64,000 bases of DNA from Actinomycetes bacterium (GTDB lineage: Bacteria; Actinomycetota; Actinomycetes; JACCUZ01): the NCBI GenBank assembly GCA_038246575.1, contig JBBRVU010000002.1, forward strand, positions 4,613 to 68,612, in the 5' to 3' direction. Shown one piece after another: positions 8,999 through 17,710 of the stretch. The translations under genes and the position numbers were made by a program. The notes under the pieces were generated by a model that worked only from the letters and a program-made list of their open reading frames with translations, had not been told where the DNA came from and searched no databases. Each line of letters begins with the position of its first letter. Position 1 is the first letter of the stretch.

Positions 8999-9849
8999 GG
9001 CTGCTGCGGGTGGGTCCGCCGCGTGACGAGCGTCCCGCGGTGCTGGTCGACGGTCGGGTCCTGGACGTCTCGGGCTGGGTCGACGAGCTCGACGGTGCCT
9101 TCCTGTCCGGTGACGGCCCGGCCCGGCTGGCCGGCCGCCTGGTGGATGAGGGCGCCCACCTGCCCGAGGTCGCGGCCGGCACGCGGATCGGCCCGCCGGT
9201 GCCGCGGCCGGGCAAGGTCGTCTGCATCGGCCTCAACTACTCCGACCACGCGCGCGAGTCGGGACAGCCGGTCCCGGCCGAGCCGGTCGTGTTCATGAAG
9301 GACCCGGCCACTGTCGTCGGACCCGCTGACGACGTGCACATCCCGCGCGGCAGCGAGAAGACCGACTGGGAGGTCGAGCTGGGAGTCGTGATCGGCCGGC
9401 CGGCGCGCTACCTCGACTCGGTCGAGGAGGCGGCCGGAGTGGTCGCGGGCTACTGCGTCTCGCACGACGTGTCCGAGCGGCACTTCCAGCTTGAGCGGGG
9501 CGGCCAGTGGGACAAGGGCAAGTCGTGCGAGACGTTCAACCCGCTCGGCCCGTGGCTGGTGACCCCCGACGAGATCGCCGACCCGCAGGCCCTCCGGTTG
9601 TGGCTCGACGTCAACGGTGAGCGTCGGCAGACAGGCAGCACCGCGGACATGGTCTTCGGGGTGCTCGAGATCGTGCGCTACCTGAGCAGGTTCATGGTCC
9701 TCGAACCCGGCGACCTGGTGAACACCGGGACGCCGGCCGGAGTCGGTCTCGGCCTGCGGCCCCCGACATACCTGGCGGCGGGTGACGTCGTGACGCTCGG
9801 TGTCGACGGCCTGGGCGAGCAGCGGCAGAGGTTCGTCCCGGCGCCGTGA
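8995..9849 (+). CDS. fumarylacetoacetate hydrolase (FAH)-family protein
   Basis: GKVVCIGLNYSDHA, DWEVELGVVIG, CVSHDVSER, KGKSCETFNPLGP and GDLVNTGTPAGVG motifs. GTG start overlaps the RidA stop. Confidence 0.9.
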   Translation: MRLLRVGPPRDERPAVLVDGRVLDVSGWVDELDGAFLSGDGPARLAGRLVDEGAHLPEVAAGTRIGPPVPRPGKVVCIGLNYSDHARESGQPVPAEPVVFMKDPATVVGPADDVHIPRGSEKTDWEVELGVVIGRPARYLDSVEEAAGVVAGYCVSHDVSERHFQLERGGQWDKGKSCETFNPLGPWLVTPDEIADPQALRLWLDVNGERRQTGSTADMVFGVLEIVRYLSRFMVLEPGDLVNTGTPAGVGLGLRPPTYLAAGDVVTLGVDGLGEQRQRFVPAP

Positions 9850-9866
9850 GCAGGAGTTCGCCGTCC

Positions 9867-10275
9867 ACGGGGCACGGTCGTCCACAAGCCCCGACGGTGG
9901 CGGTTGGGGGAGTCGCCCCGTCCCGGCTACCCTCGCTCGACGGCATGCCGCGCGCGGCCCCGTCCGTCCATCCCGCCGGGGGCATGGGGCCCTTCTCCGT
10001 AACGCGATCACGACCGTCGAGGACGAGGTGCGCGAGCTGGTCCGGCGCCGCGGCCTCGACCCGGTCGCCGATCCCGCGGCCGTCCGCCGCCTGGTCGACG
10101 AGGTGATCACCGACTACGACGAGCGCAGCCTGTCCGGCACGTTGCCGCAACTGACTGACGCCCTTTAGGTGGCCCGGCAGGTGTTCGACGCGGTGGCCGG
10201 TATCGGCAGGAGAGTCCCGTGGAGTGGTGGGGTGTGAGGGTCAACGGCGAGGAGATCTGGATCAAGGGTCGGCTG
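9867..10275 (+). repeat. direct repeat copy A: upstream region plus 5' coding part of a cpaF/tadA-type gene (degraded copy)
   Basis: Aligns by eye with 16926..17305. It starts at acggggcacgg, the core 10001..10200 is near-identical to 17049..17246, and both end at ggagatctggatcaa. Confidence 0.8.
9998..10275 (+). pseudogene. cpaF/tadA 5' fragment, decayed
   Basis: Encodes NAITTVEDEVRELVRRRGLDP...DYDERSLSGTLPQLTDA, as in copy B. The GTG start is replaced by CGT (9998-10000), and an in-frame TAG at 10166-10168 replaces the CAG of copy B. Similarity ends at ~10275. Confidence 0.75.
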
Positions 10276-10453
10276 GCTGTCAGGTAGGTGGTTGCCCGTG
10301 GACTGTCCCGCGGGTTGATGGGTGAGTCGAACCGCCCTGGGCGGACGCGCGGAGGTCCCTGCTCGGACGGTGCCCCCGATCGCTGCCGGCCGGCGCGGTT
10401 TCCGAGCACACTGACGTGAAGCCAGCGGAGCCGCTCGGAGCGACAGGTGGACC

Positions 10454-11005
10454 ATGGAGGGACGCGCGAGCTGCACGGACGCCGAGCTGCTGCGCGCCGT
10501 GGCCGACGGGGACACCGGTGCCCTCCGTGTCCTCCACGAGCGGCACTCGGCGTGGCTGACCGTCCGGCTGCTGCGCCGTTGCAACGACCGCGGCCTGGTG
10601 GCCGAGGTCCTTCAGGACACTTTCGTCGCCGCGTGGAAGGGGGCGGGGAGCTTCCGAGGCGACGGCGAGGTGGCCGGATGGCTCTGGGGGGTGGCCATCC
10701 GACGGCTGGTGTCCAGGTTGCGCACCCGGGACCGCACCGCGGAGGTACCCGTGGCGGAGGTTGTCCTCGCTGCCGATGTCAGCGTCGAGGAGCGCGTCCT
10801 CGCCGGCGTGGAGTACGGCGACGCCGGCGCGGCGCTCGCCCGGCTCAGCCCCGAGATGCGGGCCGTCGTCCAGGCGACGGTCCTGGACGGGCTCACCACC
10901 CGGGAGGCCGGCCAGCTGCTCGGCGTACCTCGCGCCACTGTGAAGACCCGCCTGTTGCGGGCTAAGGCGCAGCTGCGCCGCGACCTGGTGGAGGGACCGG
11001 CATGA
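10454..11005 (+). CDS. ECF-type sigma-70 family RNA polymerase sigma factor
   Basis: Region 2 (VLQDTFVAAWKGAGSF, WLWGVAIRRL) and a region 4 HTH (LTTREAGQLLGVPRATVKTRLLRAKAQLR). Confidence 0.9.
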   Translation: MEGRASCTDAELLRAVADGDTGALRVLHERHSAWLTVRLLRRCNDRGLVAEVLQDTFVAAWKGAGSFRGDGEVAGWLWGVAIRRLVSRLRTRDRTAEVPVAEVVLAADVSVEERVLAGVEYGDAGAALARLSPEMRAVVQATVLDGLTTREAGQLLGVPRATVKTRLLRAKAQLRRDLVEGPA

Positions 11006-11835
11006 GCAACCGGACGACACGGACCTGGCACGTCGACGACGACGCGCTGCGCGGGTGGGTCGAGGGCACCGCGGGGCAGCTGGTGAGCGCCTCCGTGGAG
11101 CAGCACCTCGGTACCTGCGAGCGGTGTCGCGACGCTGTCACCGCGATGGTCGGCACCGACGAGCTGAACACCTGGCAGGGCGTGCTCGCCGCCGTCGAGG
11201 CGCCGGCCCAGGCACCGGTCGAGCGGCTGCTCACCCGGCTCGGTCTCTCCGGCGCGGACGCCAAGGTCATCGCGTCCGCCCGGGCGATGCACGCCCCTTG
11301 GGTCGTCGGGCTGACCGTCGTCATCGCGTTCGTCACGGTCTCCGCGGCGTTCGCCGAGGTCGGAGGGCTGCTGCTCTTCCTGCTCGTTGCGCCGCTCGTG
11401 CCGGTGATCGGTGTCGCCGCCGCCTACGGGCCCGGTGCTGACCCGACGTACGAGGTGGTGCTGGTCGCGCCGTACGCCACGGCTCGCATCGTCCTGCTCC
11501 GCGCGGCCGCTGTGCTGCTCACGTCGGTGCCGCTCGTCGTCCTCGCGGGCCTGCCGTTGCCAGGCGAGGCATGGGTCGCGGTCGCGTGGCTGCTGCCGGC
11601 CGCCGGCTTCATCGCGGTCGTGCTGACCGCCAGCATCTGGGTCGAGCCGATGTACGCGGCGACCCCGGTCGCGGTCGGGTGGGTCGGCACCGTCCTCGTA
11701 GCCCAGCGCAACGGCGACGCGCTGGCCGTCTTCGCGCCGCTCGCAATGAGCCTCTACGCCGGCCTCCTCGCCGTCGCCGTCCTCGTCCTGCTGCAGCGCC
11801 TTCTCAGCACCACCCCCTCCTGGCGGCTCCGATGA
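11002..11835 (+). CDS. membrane anti-sigma factor (zf-HC2 type)
   Basis: ATGA overlap with the sigma gene. Has the HLGTCERCRDAV zinc-finger anti-sigma motif followed by several hydrophobic transmembrane segments. Confidence 0.75.
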   Translation: MSNRTTRTWHVDDDALRGWVEGTAGQLVSASVEQHLGTCERCRDAVTAMVGTDELNTWQGVLAAVEAPAQAPVERLLTRLGLSGADAKVIASARAMHAPWVVGLTVVIAFVTVSAAFAEVGGLLLFLLVAPLVPVIGVAAAYGPGADPTYEVVLVAPYATARIVLLRAAAVLLTSVPLVVLAGLPLPGEAWVAVAWLLPAAGFIAVVLTASIWVEPMYAATPVAVGWVGTVLVAQRNGDALAVFAPLAMSLYAGLLAVAVLVLLQRLLSTTPSWRLR

Positions 11836-12728
11836 GCACGCCACAGACCGAAGGACCCCACATGCCCGAACCCACCGTGTCGTTGCGCGGCGCCGCGAAG
11901 TCCTACCGCGGCACGCCCGCGCTGGCCGGCGTCGACGTCGACCTCTACCCGGGCGTCGTCGGCCTGCTCGGCCCCAACGGTGCCGGCAAGTCGACCCTGC
12001 TGCGGATGCTGGCCACTGTCCTCGGCGCGGACGCCGGCACCGTGCGGATCCTCGGCCGCGACCCGGCCATCGGCGCCGACCGCACCGCGATCCGCCGACG
12101 CCTGGGCTACCTGCCGCAGGAACTCGGCTACCCGCGCGGCTTCACTGCCTACGGGTTCCTCGACTACATGGCTGTCCTCAAGGAGTGGGACGACCCAGAG
12201 CAGCGGCGCGCCGAGGTGCGCCGGGTGCTCGAGCAGGTCGACCTCGCTGACCGCTCCACCAAGCGGATCCGCACCCTGTCCGGCGGGCAGAAGCGGCGGG
12301 TCGGTCTGGCCCAGGCGCTGCTGGGCTCCCCCGATCTGCTCGTCCTCGACGAGCCGACGAACGGCCTCGACCCCGAGCAGCGGGTGTCACTGCGCACGGT
12401 CCTCGCCGAGGTCGGACGGCGCGCGACCGTGCTGGTCGCGACCCACCAGACCGAGGACGTCGCCGCCCTGTGCGAACGGGTCGTCGTCCTCGACGGGGGC
12501 GCGGTGCGCTTCGACGGCCCGGTCCGGGATCTGGTCGGCACCGCCGACGGGCGGGTCTGGCTCTCCGACGCGCCCGACCCGGTCGCGCAGGCCTCGTGGC
12601 GCACAGGTACCGGCCGCTACCGCAACCTCGGTGCCGCACCGGCCGGCGCCGACCTCGCCGAGCCGTCTCTCGAGGACGCCTACCTGCTGCTGCGGCGCAC
12701 CTCCGCCCCGGCGGAGGTGGCGGCATGA
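11832..12728 (+). CDS. ABC transporter ATP-binding protein
   Basis: Walker A GPNGAGKST, signature LSGGQKRRV and Walker B LLVLDEPT. ATG 11832 overlaps the anti-sigma stop. Confidence 0.9.
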   Translation: MSTPQTEGPHMPEPTVSLRGAAKSYRGTPALAGVDVDLYPGVVGLLGPNGAGKSTLLRMLATVLGADAGTVRILGRDPAIGADRTAIRRRLGYLPQELGYPRGFTAYGFLDYMAVLKEWDDPEQRRAEVRRVLEQVDLADRSTKRIRTLSGGQKRRVGLAQALLGSPDLLVLDEPTNGLDPEQRVSLRTVLAEVGRRATVLVATHQTEDVAALCERVVVLDGGAVRFDGPVRDLVGTADGRVWLSDAPDPVAQASWRTGTGRYRNLGAAPAGADLAEPSLEDAYLLLRRTSAPAEVAA

Positions 12729-13648
12729 GCGCCCTCGTCGCCGACCGGCTGGTCGTGGACTCCACGCCGGCGACTTCGCTGCGCCGGCTCGCCACGATCG
12801 AGGCGAAGCGATACGCCCGGCACCCGCTGTTCGTCCTACCGGCGCTGCTGTGCGCCGGGCTGAGCATCGGCCTGCACGGCCCGGAAGAGCTCGACTACCA
12901 GGTCATCCCGGCGTTCTTCCTCGGCGTCTTCGGCGTGGTGGTCGCCGCGCGGCTCACCCGCTCGACCGACTCCACGACCCCGATCCTCGACGCGGCCCCG
13001 GTCACGGTCACCCGCCGTACCGCCGCCCTCTGCCTCGCGTGCGCCGTGCCTTTCGTCACCGCGGTGCTCATCGTGATGCTTCACCGGGTGACGATGCTGG
13101 TCGACCCGACGCCTGCCTCCCGCTACGGGACGTACGGTGTGTTGGACCGCCAGGTCATCACGCTGCTACTACCGATCGTGTACGCCGCGGGCGGGCCGCT
13201 GCTCGGCGTCGCCGTCGGCCGATGGCTGCGGTTCCCCGGCGCACCGCTGCTCGCGATGGTCGCACTGATCGCCTGGTCCAGCACGTTCGGATACCTGCCG
13301 CAGAGCAACAACAGCGCGTCGGGTCTGGTGCGCTTCCTGCACGCGTTCACGCCGTACACCGCCTTCGCGTTCAGCGACGGTGACAACATCCACCCGATCA
13401 CGCTCGTCACGACGATGCCCGGCGCGCCGCACTGGTTCGCCGTCTGGGCGATCGCCCTCTGCGGCCTCGCCGTCTGCGCGGCCCTCTGGAAGGGAGCCGG
13501 TGACGTCGTCCGAGGACGACTCGTCCGCACCTTCGCCGTCATGGGTGCCGTGGCCCTCGTTGCCGTGTCCCTCGCCGCGGTGGGCGGGCACAGCGTCAAC
13601 CACGAGACCGACCGGTCCGGGTCCACGACCGTCAGCCGTGGCGACTGA
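12725..13648 (+). CDS. polytopic membrane protein (putative ABC permease partner)
   Basis: ATGA overlap with the ATPase gene. Multiple hydrophobic helices and high GC3. No specific family recognised. Confidence 0.6.
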   Translation: MSALVADRLVVDSTPATSLRRLATIEAKRYARHPLFVLPALLCAGLSIGLHGPEELDYQVIPAFFLGVFGVVVAARLTRSTDSTTPILDAAPVTVTRRTAALCLACAVPFVTAVLIVMLHRVTMLVDPTPASRYGTYGVLDRQVITLLLPIVYAAGGPLLGVAVGRWLRFPGAPLLAMVALIAWSSTFGYLPQSNNSASGLVRFLHAFTPYTAFAFSDGDNIHPITLVTTMPGAPHWFAVWAIALCGLAVCAALWKGAGDVVRGRLVRTFAVMGAVALVAVSLAAVGGHSVNHETDRSGSTTVSRGD

Positions 13649-14258
13649 CCCCCGGCTGCGTCGCGGCCTTCGCGTCCTGCGGTCGACGCCGTGGCTGCCG
13701 GTGGCTGGGGCGTCTGCCGTCGGCGGGGCGCTGCTGCTCACCGCCGCCGCGACGCCCACCGCGGGCTACGCGATGTTTATCGTCGTGATCGGCCTGGCGA
13801 CCTGCGGCAGCGCGGCGGGGTACCTGCTCGACGAGGAGTCCTCCGCGGTGCTCGACGCGACGCCGACCTCCCGCAGCCGGCGCACCGGGTGGCGGCTGAT
13901 GGCGCTGGTGCTCCCGGCCGGCGTCGCGCTGACCGGGCTCGCGCTGCTGGACCGGGCCGACGGCACCGGGCAGTGGGAGTGGCAGAAGCTCGGCCCGCTG
14001 GCCGCCGGCAGCCTCGCGACGGCTACGGCGCTGGCGGCGGTGTTACGCCGCGGCAACAGCGCGCCGGGCGACGTGGCCGCCGCCGTCACCCTCACGGGTG
14101 TCCCGCTCGTCGTCGCCAGCAACCCGTTGCGGCACTGGGTCTCCGTCGTGCCCTCGCACGACGCGGGCGTGGGGCGAAGCGCCCTGCTCTGGGCGTCGGT
14201 CGTGCTGGCGGCGGCGGTCGTCGTGGTGCGCTGCTCGCGCGACCCGGTGCGCACCTGA
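13638..14258 (+). CDS. membrane protein, unknown function
   Basis: GTG 13638 overlaps the upstream stop. Several hydrophobic helices. Start is approximate. Confidence 0.5.
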   Translation: MATDPRLRRGLRVLRSTPWLPVAGASAVGGALLLTAAATPTAGYAMFIVVIGLATCGSAAGYLLDEESSAVLDATPTSRSRRTGWRLMALVLPAGVALTGLALLDRADGTGQWEWQKLGPLAAGSLATATALAAVLRRGNSAPGDVAAAVTLTGVPLVVASNPLRHWVSVVPSHDAGVGRSALLWASVVLAAAVVVVRCSRDPVRT

Positions 14259-14509
14259 GCTCGCCGTGCTGTGGGGCGTCGCCGCCTGGCTGGGCGGCTC
14301 GGTGACTCTGGTCGGCCTGGTCGTGGTGGGAGCGGTCGTGGTCGTCGCGAACCGGTAGATGCGGGGGTATCGCTCGGTCCGGCGGGCATCACGACGCCGG
14401 TACGCGACCCCTGGGCTCCTTCGGGCTGACTGATGCGCCTGGCATTGGCGCTGTCGCTCGGGCGATGACGGTGCGGTCCAGGGGGGCTCCTTCCTCGTCG
14501 CTGCGAGGA

Positions 14510-15271
14510 TCACAGGACGTCCCTCCTCGGGGTGACGGAGAGCGCGAGGGCGACCGCCGCGGCGGTGTACACGCCGAGGACGAGCCCACCGACCACTGGC
14601 GACAGCAGCCTGCCGTCGAGGCTCATCGAGGGGCCGAGCTGCAACACCGCATCGGTCGCTCCCCCCGGCAGCCACCGTCCTATCGCCGGGTGCGCGGGGA
14701 TGACGATCTGCTCGACGGCGAGCATCCAGACCAGCACGCCGACGGCGGCGGCGATCTGGTTGCGGACCAGGGCGCCGATCGCGACACCGATGACGCCGTA
14801 CGCCGCCATCACCACGAACCCGGCCGCAACAAGCTGCCAGAACTGCGCCCCCGTGGTCACGTCGCCGTCCCGGGAGCGGACCAGCGCGATGGCCAAGGTC
14901 ACCGAGAGGGCCAGCGTCGCCGCGGTGATGACGACGCTGAAGAGGGCCAGCGACAGCCACTTCGCGACGAGGACACGCGTGCGGCGCGGCTCGCCCAGGT
15001 AGGTCGACGTGACCGTGCCGTAGCGGAACTCCTGCGTGAACGCGAGCACGCCGAGCAGCACCACGAACACCAGGGGGACGCCGAAGCCGATCCCCACGGT
15101 GCCGGCGACGAGGCCGGGGTCGTCGAGAGACACCGGAGCGTTCTCGGCGCCCACCTTCGGGACGTTCACGGCGACCGTCAGAGCCACCAGGCCGAGCGTC
15201 GCGAGCAGCAGACCCGTCGGCGTCCGTGTGCTGCGCAGCTTGAGCACCTCCGCATGGACGAGCGCCTTCAC
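14510..15271 (-). CDS. ABC-2 type transporter permease
   Basis: MKALVHAEVLKLRSTRTP N-terminus and six hydrophobic segments typical of ABC-2 permeases. Overlaps the upstream ATPase stop by 4 nt. Confidence 0.8.
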   Translation of the reverse strand: MKALVHAEVLKLRSTRTPTGLLLATLGLVALTVAVNVPKVGAENAPVSLDDPGLVAGTVGIGFGVPLVFVVLLGVLAFTQEFRYGTVTSTYLGEPRRTRVLVAKWLSLALFSVVITAATLALSVTLAIALVRSRDGDVTTGAQFWQLVAAGFVVMAAYGVIGVAIGALVRNQIAAAVGVLVWMLAVEQIVIPAHPAIGRWLPGGATDAVLQLGPSMSLDGRLLSPVVGGLVLGVYTAAAVALALSVTPRRDVL

Positions 15272-16215
15272 TGGAGCGCCTCCTCTACTGATGTCCGTCG
15301 CTGCGCCCCGCCGGACTCCTGGATGAGTCGGAAGAAGGCCTGCTCCAGGTCGGCCGTCCCGGCGAGACCGTGCAGCACGACCCCGTGCGCCGCCGCGATC
15401 TCCCCCACCTCCTCGGGTGTCGCGTCGACCGCGAGCCCGTCGTCCGTAGGGCGGTAGGCGTGGCCGGCCGCGTCGAAGGCGGCCCCCAGCCGGTCCGGAT
15501 CCGGCGTGCGGACCCGGGAACCGGCGCCCGCCTCGGCGCGTAGTGCGGCGAGGCTGGCCGACCGGACCAGCCGCCCATGGACGAGGACGAGCACGTGGTC
15601 AGCGGTCTGCTCGACCTCGCTCAGCGCATGGCTGGACAACAGCACCGTGCGACCCTCGTCCGCGAGTCGGCGCACGTAGCCGCGCAGCCACCGCACGCCC
15701 GGCGGGTCGAGGCCGTTCGTCGGCTCGTCCAGAACGAGCACTGCCGGGTCGCCGAGCATCGCCGCGGCCAGCCCTAGTCGCTGGCGCATCCCGAGGGAGA
15801 ACTCCCCGACCCGCCGCCGCGCGTCCGCCGCGAGCCCGGTCTCGGCCAGGACGCGGTCGGGCGCGTCCTGGGGCAGCCGGGCCGCGGTCGCGAGGACGCG
15901 CAGGTGGTCGAGCGCGGTGCGGCCGGGATGGCAGCCCGACGCCTCCAGGACCGCGCCGACGTGACGGGCCGGGTCCGGCAACTCGTCGTACCGCGTGCCG
16001 CCGAACGTCGCGGCCCCAGTGCTCGGCGCCACGAGCCCGAGCAGCATCCGCAGCGTGGTGGTCTTCCCGGCGCCGTTAGGCCCGAGTAGGGCCGTCACCT
16101 CGCCCGGCGTCGCGACCGCGCTGACGTCATCAACCGCGCGGACGCCCCCGAAGGACTTGGTGAGGTTGCGCAGCTCGACTGCGCCGCTCACCGGTTGCCT
16201 CTTCGATCGCGACAT
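15268..16215 (-). CDS. ABC transporter ATP-binding protein
   Basis: Walker A GPNGAGKTT, FSLGMRQRL signature and Walker B VLVLDEPT. Start set at ATG 16215 (MSRSKRQP) with an upstream purine-rich RBS. Confidence 0.9.
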   Translation of the reverse strand: MSRSKRQPVSGAVELRNLTKSFGGVRAVDDVSAVATPGEVTALLGPNGAGKTTTLRMLLGLVAPSTGAATFGGTRYDELPDPARHVGAVLEASGCHPGRTALDHLRVLATAARLPQDAPDRVLAETGLAADARRRVGEFSLGMRQRLGLAAAMLGDPAVLVLDEPTNGLDPPGVRWLRGYVRRLADEGRTVLLSSHALSEVEQTADHVLVLVHGRLVRSASLAALRAEAGAGSRVRTPDPDRLGAAFDAAGHAYRPTDDGLAVDATPEEVGEIAAAHGVVLHGLAGTADLEQAFFRLIQESGGAQRRTSVEEALQ

Positions 16216-16259
16216 CGCCACGAGCCCTTTTCCTTCAGGCAACCTGATCTTCAGGTACC

Positions 16260-16703
16260 TTGAGCAATGTGGCACAGCACCCGCAGACGGTCAACACCGT
16301 CGCTCTGCTCGGCCGCGCCTACAGCCTGCTGGGATTCCGCATCGTCGACGGCGTAGTGGGCGCCGGCTTCCCACAAAGGCCGGCCCACTCGGCCGTTTTC
16401 GGGCAGATCGCGCCCGACGGCTCACGGCTCACAGACCTGGCCCGGCGGGCGAACATGTCGCCGCAAGCGATGGGCGAGCTCGTCGATGAGCTCGAACAGA
16501 TGGGGTACGTCGTCCGCCGGCCGGACCTGACCGACCGGCGGGCCAAGCTGATCATCCTGACCAGGAAGGGGCAGGCCTGCATCGCAGCGGGTATCGCCAC
16601 CATCGACGGGATCGAGCAGCAGTTGGCCGACCGCCTCGGCGAGCGCGGTCACCGGCAGCTGCGGAGTCTGCTCACCAAGCTCTTGGACGACGGCGACGGG
16701 TGA
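16260..16703 (+). CDS. MarR-family transcriptional regulator
   Basis: Winged HTH: SRLTDLARRANMSPQAMGELVDELEQMGYVVRRPDLTDRRAKLIILTRKG. Divergent from the ABC operon. Confidence 0.85.
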   Translation: MSNVAQHPQTVNTVALLGRAYSLLGFRIVDGVVGAGFPQRPAHSAVFGQIAPDGSRLTDLARRANMSPQAMGELVDELEQMGYVVRRPDLTDRRAKLIILTRKGQACIAAGIATIDGIEQQLADRLGERGHRQLRSLLTKLLDDGDG

Positions 16704-16925
16704 GGCGATCACAGCCGGTCGTCGATGTGAAGGCGCACCACCGAGATCGTCAGATACACCCTCAGGGCGGCGGTGAGCCGAGCGCCTCCGTGCCGCCTGT
16801 TCGGTCGGGCAGGCTATGCACCGAGGCTCAACCAGTCCGCCGCTTCCAGCGGGTCCCGCGACCGTCAGCACGAGGCGCATCGGTCCATCGTGGCCGGGTC
16901 GCCGGTCCGGCTGGTCCATCTGTCT

Positions 16926-17305
16926 ACGGGGCACGGTTGTCCACAGGCCACGCGTCCGGCGGTTGGGGAGCGACCCGCCCACGGTTACCCTCGCCGGGGA
17001 GCGGCGCGCAGCCGCGACGGACGCCGAGCCCAGGGGGACGCCCTCGTGAACGCGATCACGACCGTCGAGGACGAGGTGCGCGAGCTGGTCCGGCGCCGCG
17101 GCCTCGACCCGGCCGCCGACCCGGGCGCTGTCCGCCGCCTGGTCGACGAGGTGATCACCGACTACGACGAGCGCAGCCTGTCCGGCACGTTGCCGCAGCT
17201 GACCGACGCCCACCAGGTGGCCCGGCAGGTGTTCGACGCGGTGGCTGGGTTCGGCCCGCTGCAGAAGTACCTCGACGACCCCACCGTCGAGGAGATCTGG
17301 ATCAA
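16926..17305 (+). repeat. direct repeat copy B: upstream region plus 5' coding part of the cpaF/tadA-type gene
   Basis: See copy A (9867..10275). This copy keeps the GTG start and an open frame. Confidence 0.8.
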
Positions 17306-17471
17306 CGAGCCGACGAAGGTGTTCATCGCGCGCCGCGGCGTGCACGAGCTGACCACGACTATCCTCACCGGCGACGAGGTCCGGGACCTCGTCGAGAAGA
17401 TGCTGAAGTCGTCAGGCCGTCGGGTCGACCTGTCGACGCCGTTCGTCGAGGCGAACAGTCGATTGGGATAG
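17046..17471 (+). pseudogene. cpaF: cpaF/tadA-type ATPase gene truncated after ~141 codons
   Basis: The N-terminal domain of CpaF-like ATPases is present (FGPLQKYLDDPTVEEIWINEPTKVFIARRGVHELT...VEKMLKSSGRRVDLSTPFVEA). The frame then ends (NSRLG-stop) before any Walker A motif, whereas full-length homologues are ~400+ aa. Confidence 0.75.
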
Positions 17472-17622
17472 GTCGGTGGCTCCCTCGGCGCGAGCGGTGT
17501 CCCGAACCGCTTCCGATTGCTTGTGAAGCACTTCCGACCCTGACGATGAACGGACAACCGCCAACGGGACTCGCGGCTCTGCCGCGGCTCTGAGGTCGGG
17601 GTCGATACGCTCCGCTCGCGAC

Positions 17623-17641
17623 GGTCAAGACGGTCTTGACC
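17623..17641. promoter_or_regulatory. perfect palindrome GGTCAAGAC-G-GTCTTGACC
   Basis: 9-bp arms with a 1-nt centre, in the noncoding left end of the island, 70 nt upstream of the 17711 gene. Confidence 0.4.
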
Positions 17642-17677
17642 GGGATACGGTCGCGAACGTATGGTCTCTACACACAA

Positions 17678-17698
17678 GACGCTTCAGACTGAAGCGTC
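17678..17698. promoter_or_regulatory. perfect palindrome GACGCTTCAG-A-CTGAAGCGTC abutting the RBS
   Basis: 10-bp arms ending immediately before GGAGAGG and GTG 17711. Could be an operator or a translation-masking RNA hairpin. Confidence 0.45.
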
Positions 17699-17710
17699 GG
17701 AGAGGAACAC

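Noticed and set aside
16216-16260. AGGTACCT palindrome and duplicated CTTCAGG in the MarR/ABC divergent spacer, considered as a MarR operator.
   Set aside because: It is plausible, but an 8-bp palindrome (a KpnI-like site) in a 45-bp spacer is weak evidence on its own, so it is not listed as a feature.
16937-16945. TTGTCCACA, identical to the actinobacterial DnaA-box consensus, upstream of cpaF copy B (TCGTCCACA in copy A).
   Set aside because: It is a single isolated box with no box cluster, AT-rich unwinding element or dnaA/dnaN context, so it is not an origin. It may simply be a relative of the GTTGTCC motif.
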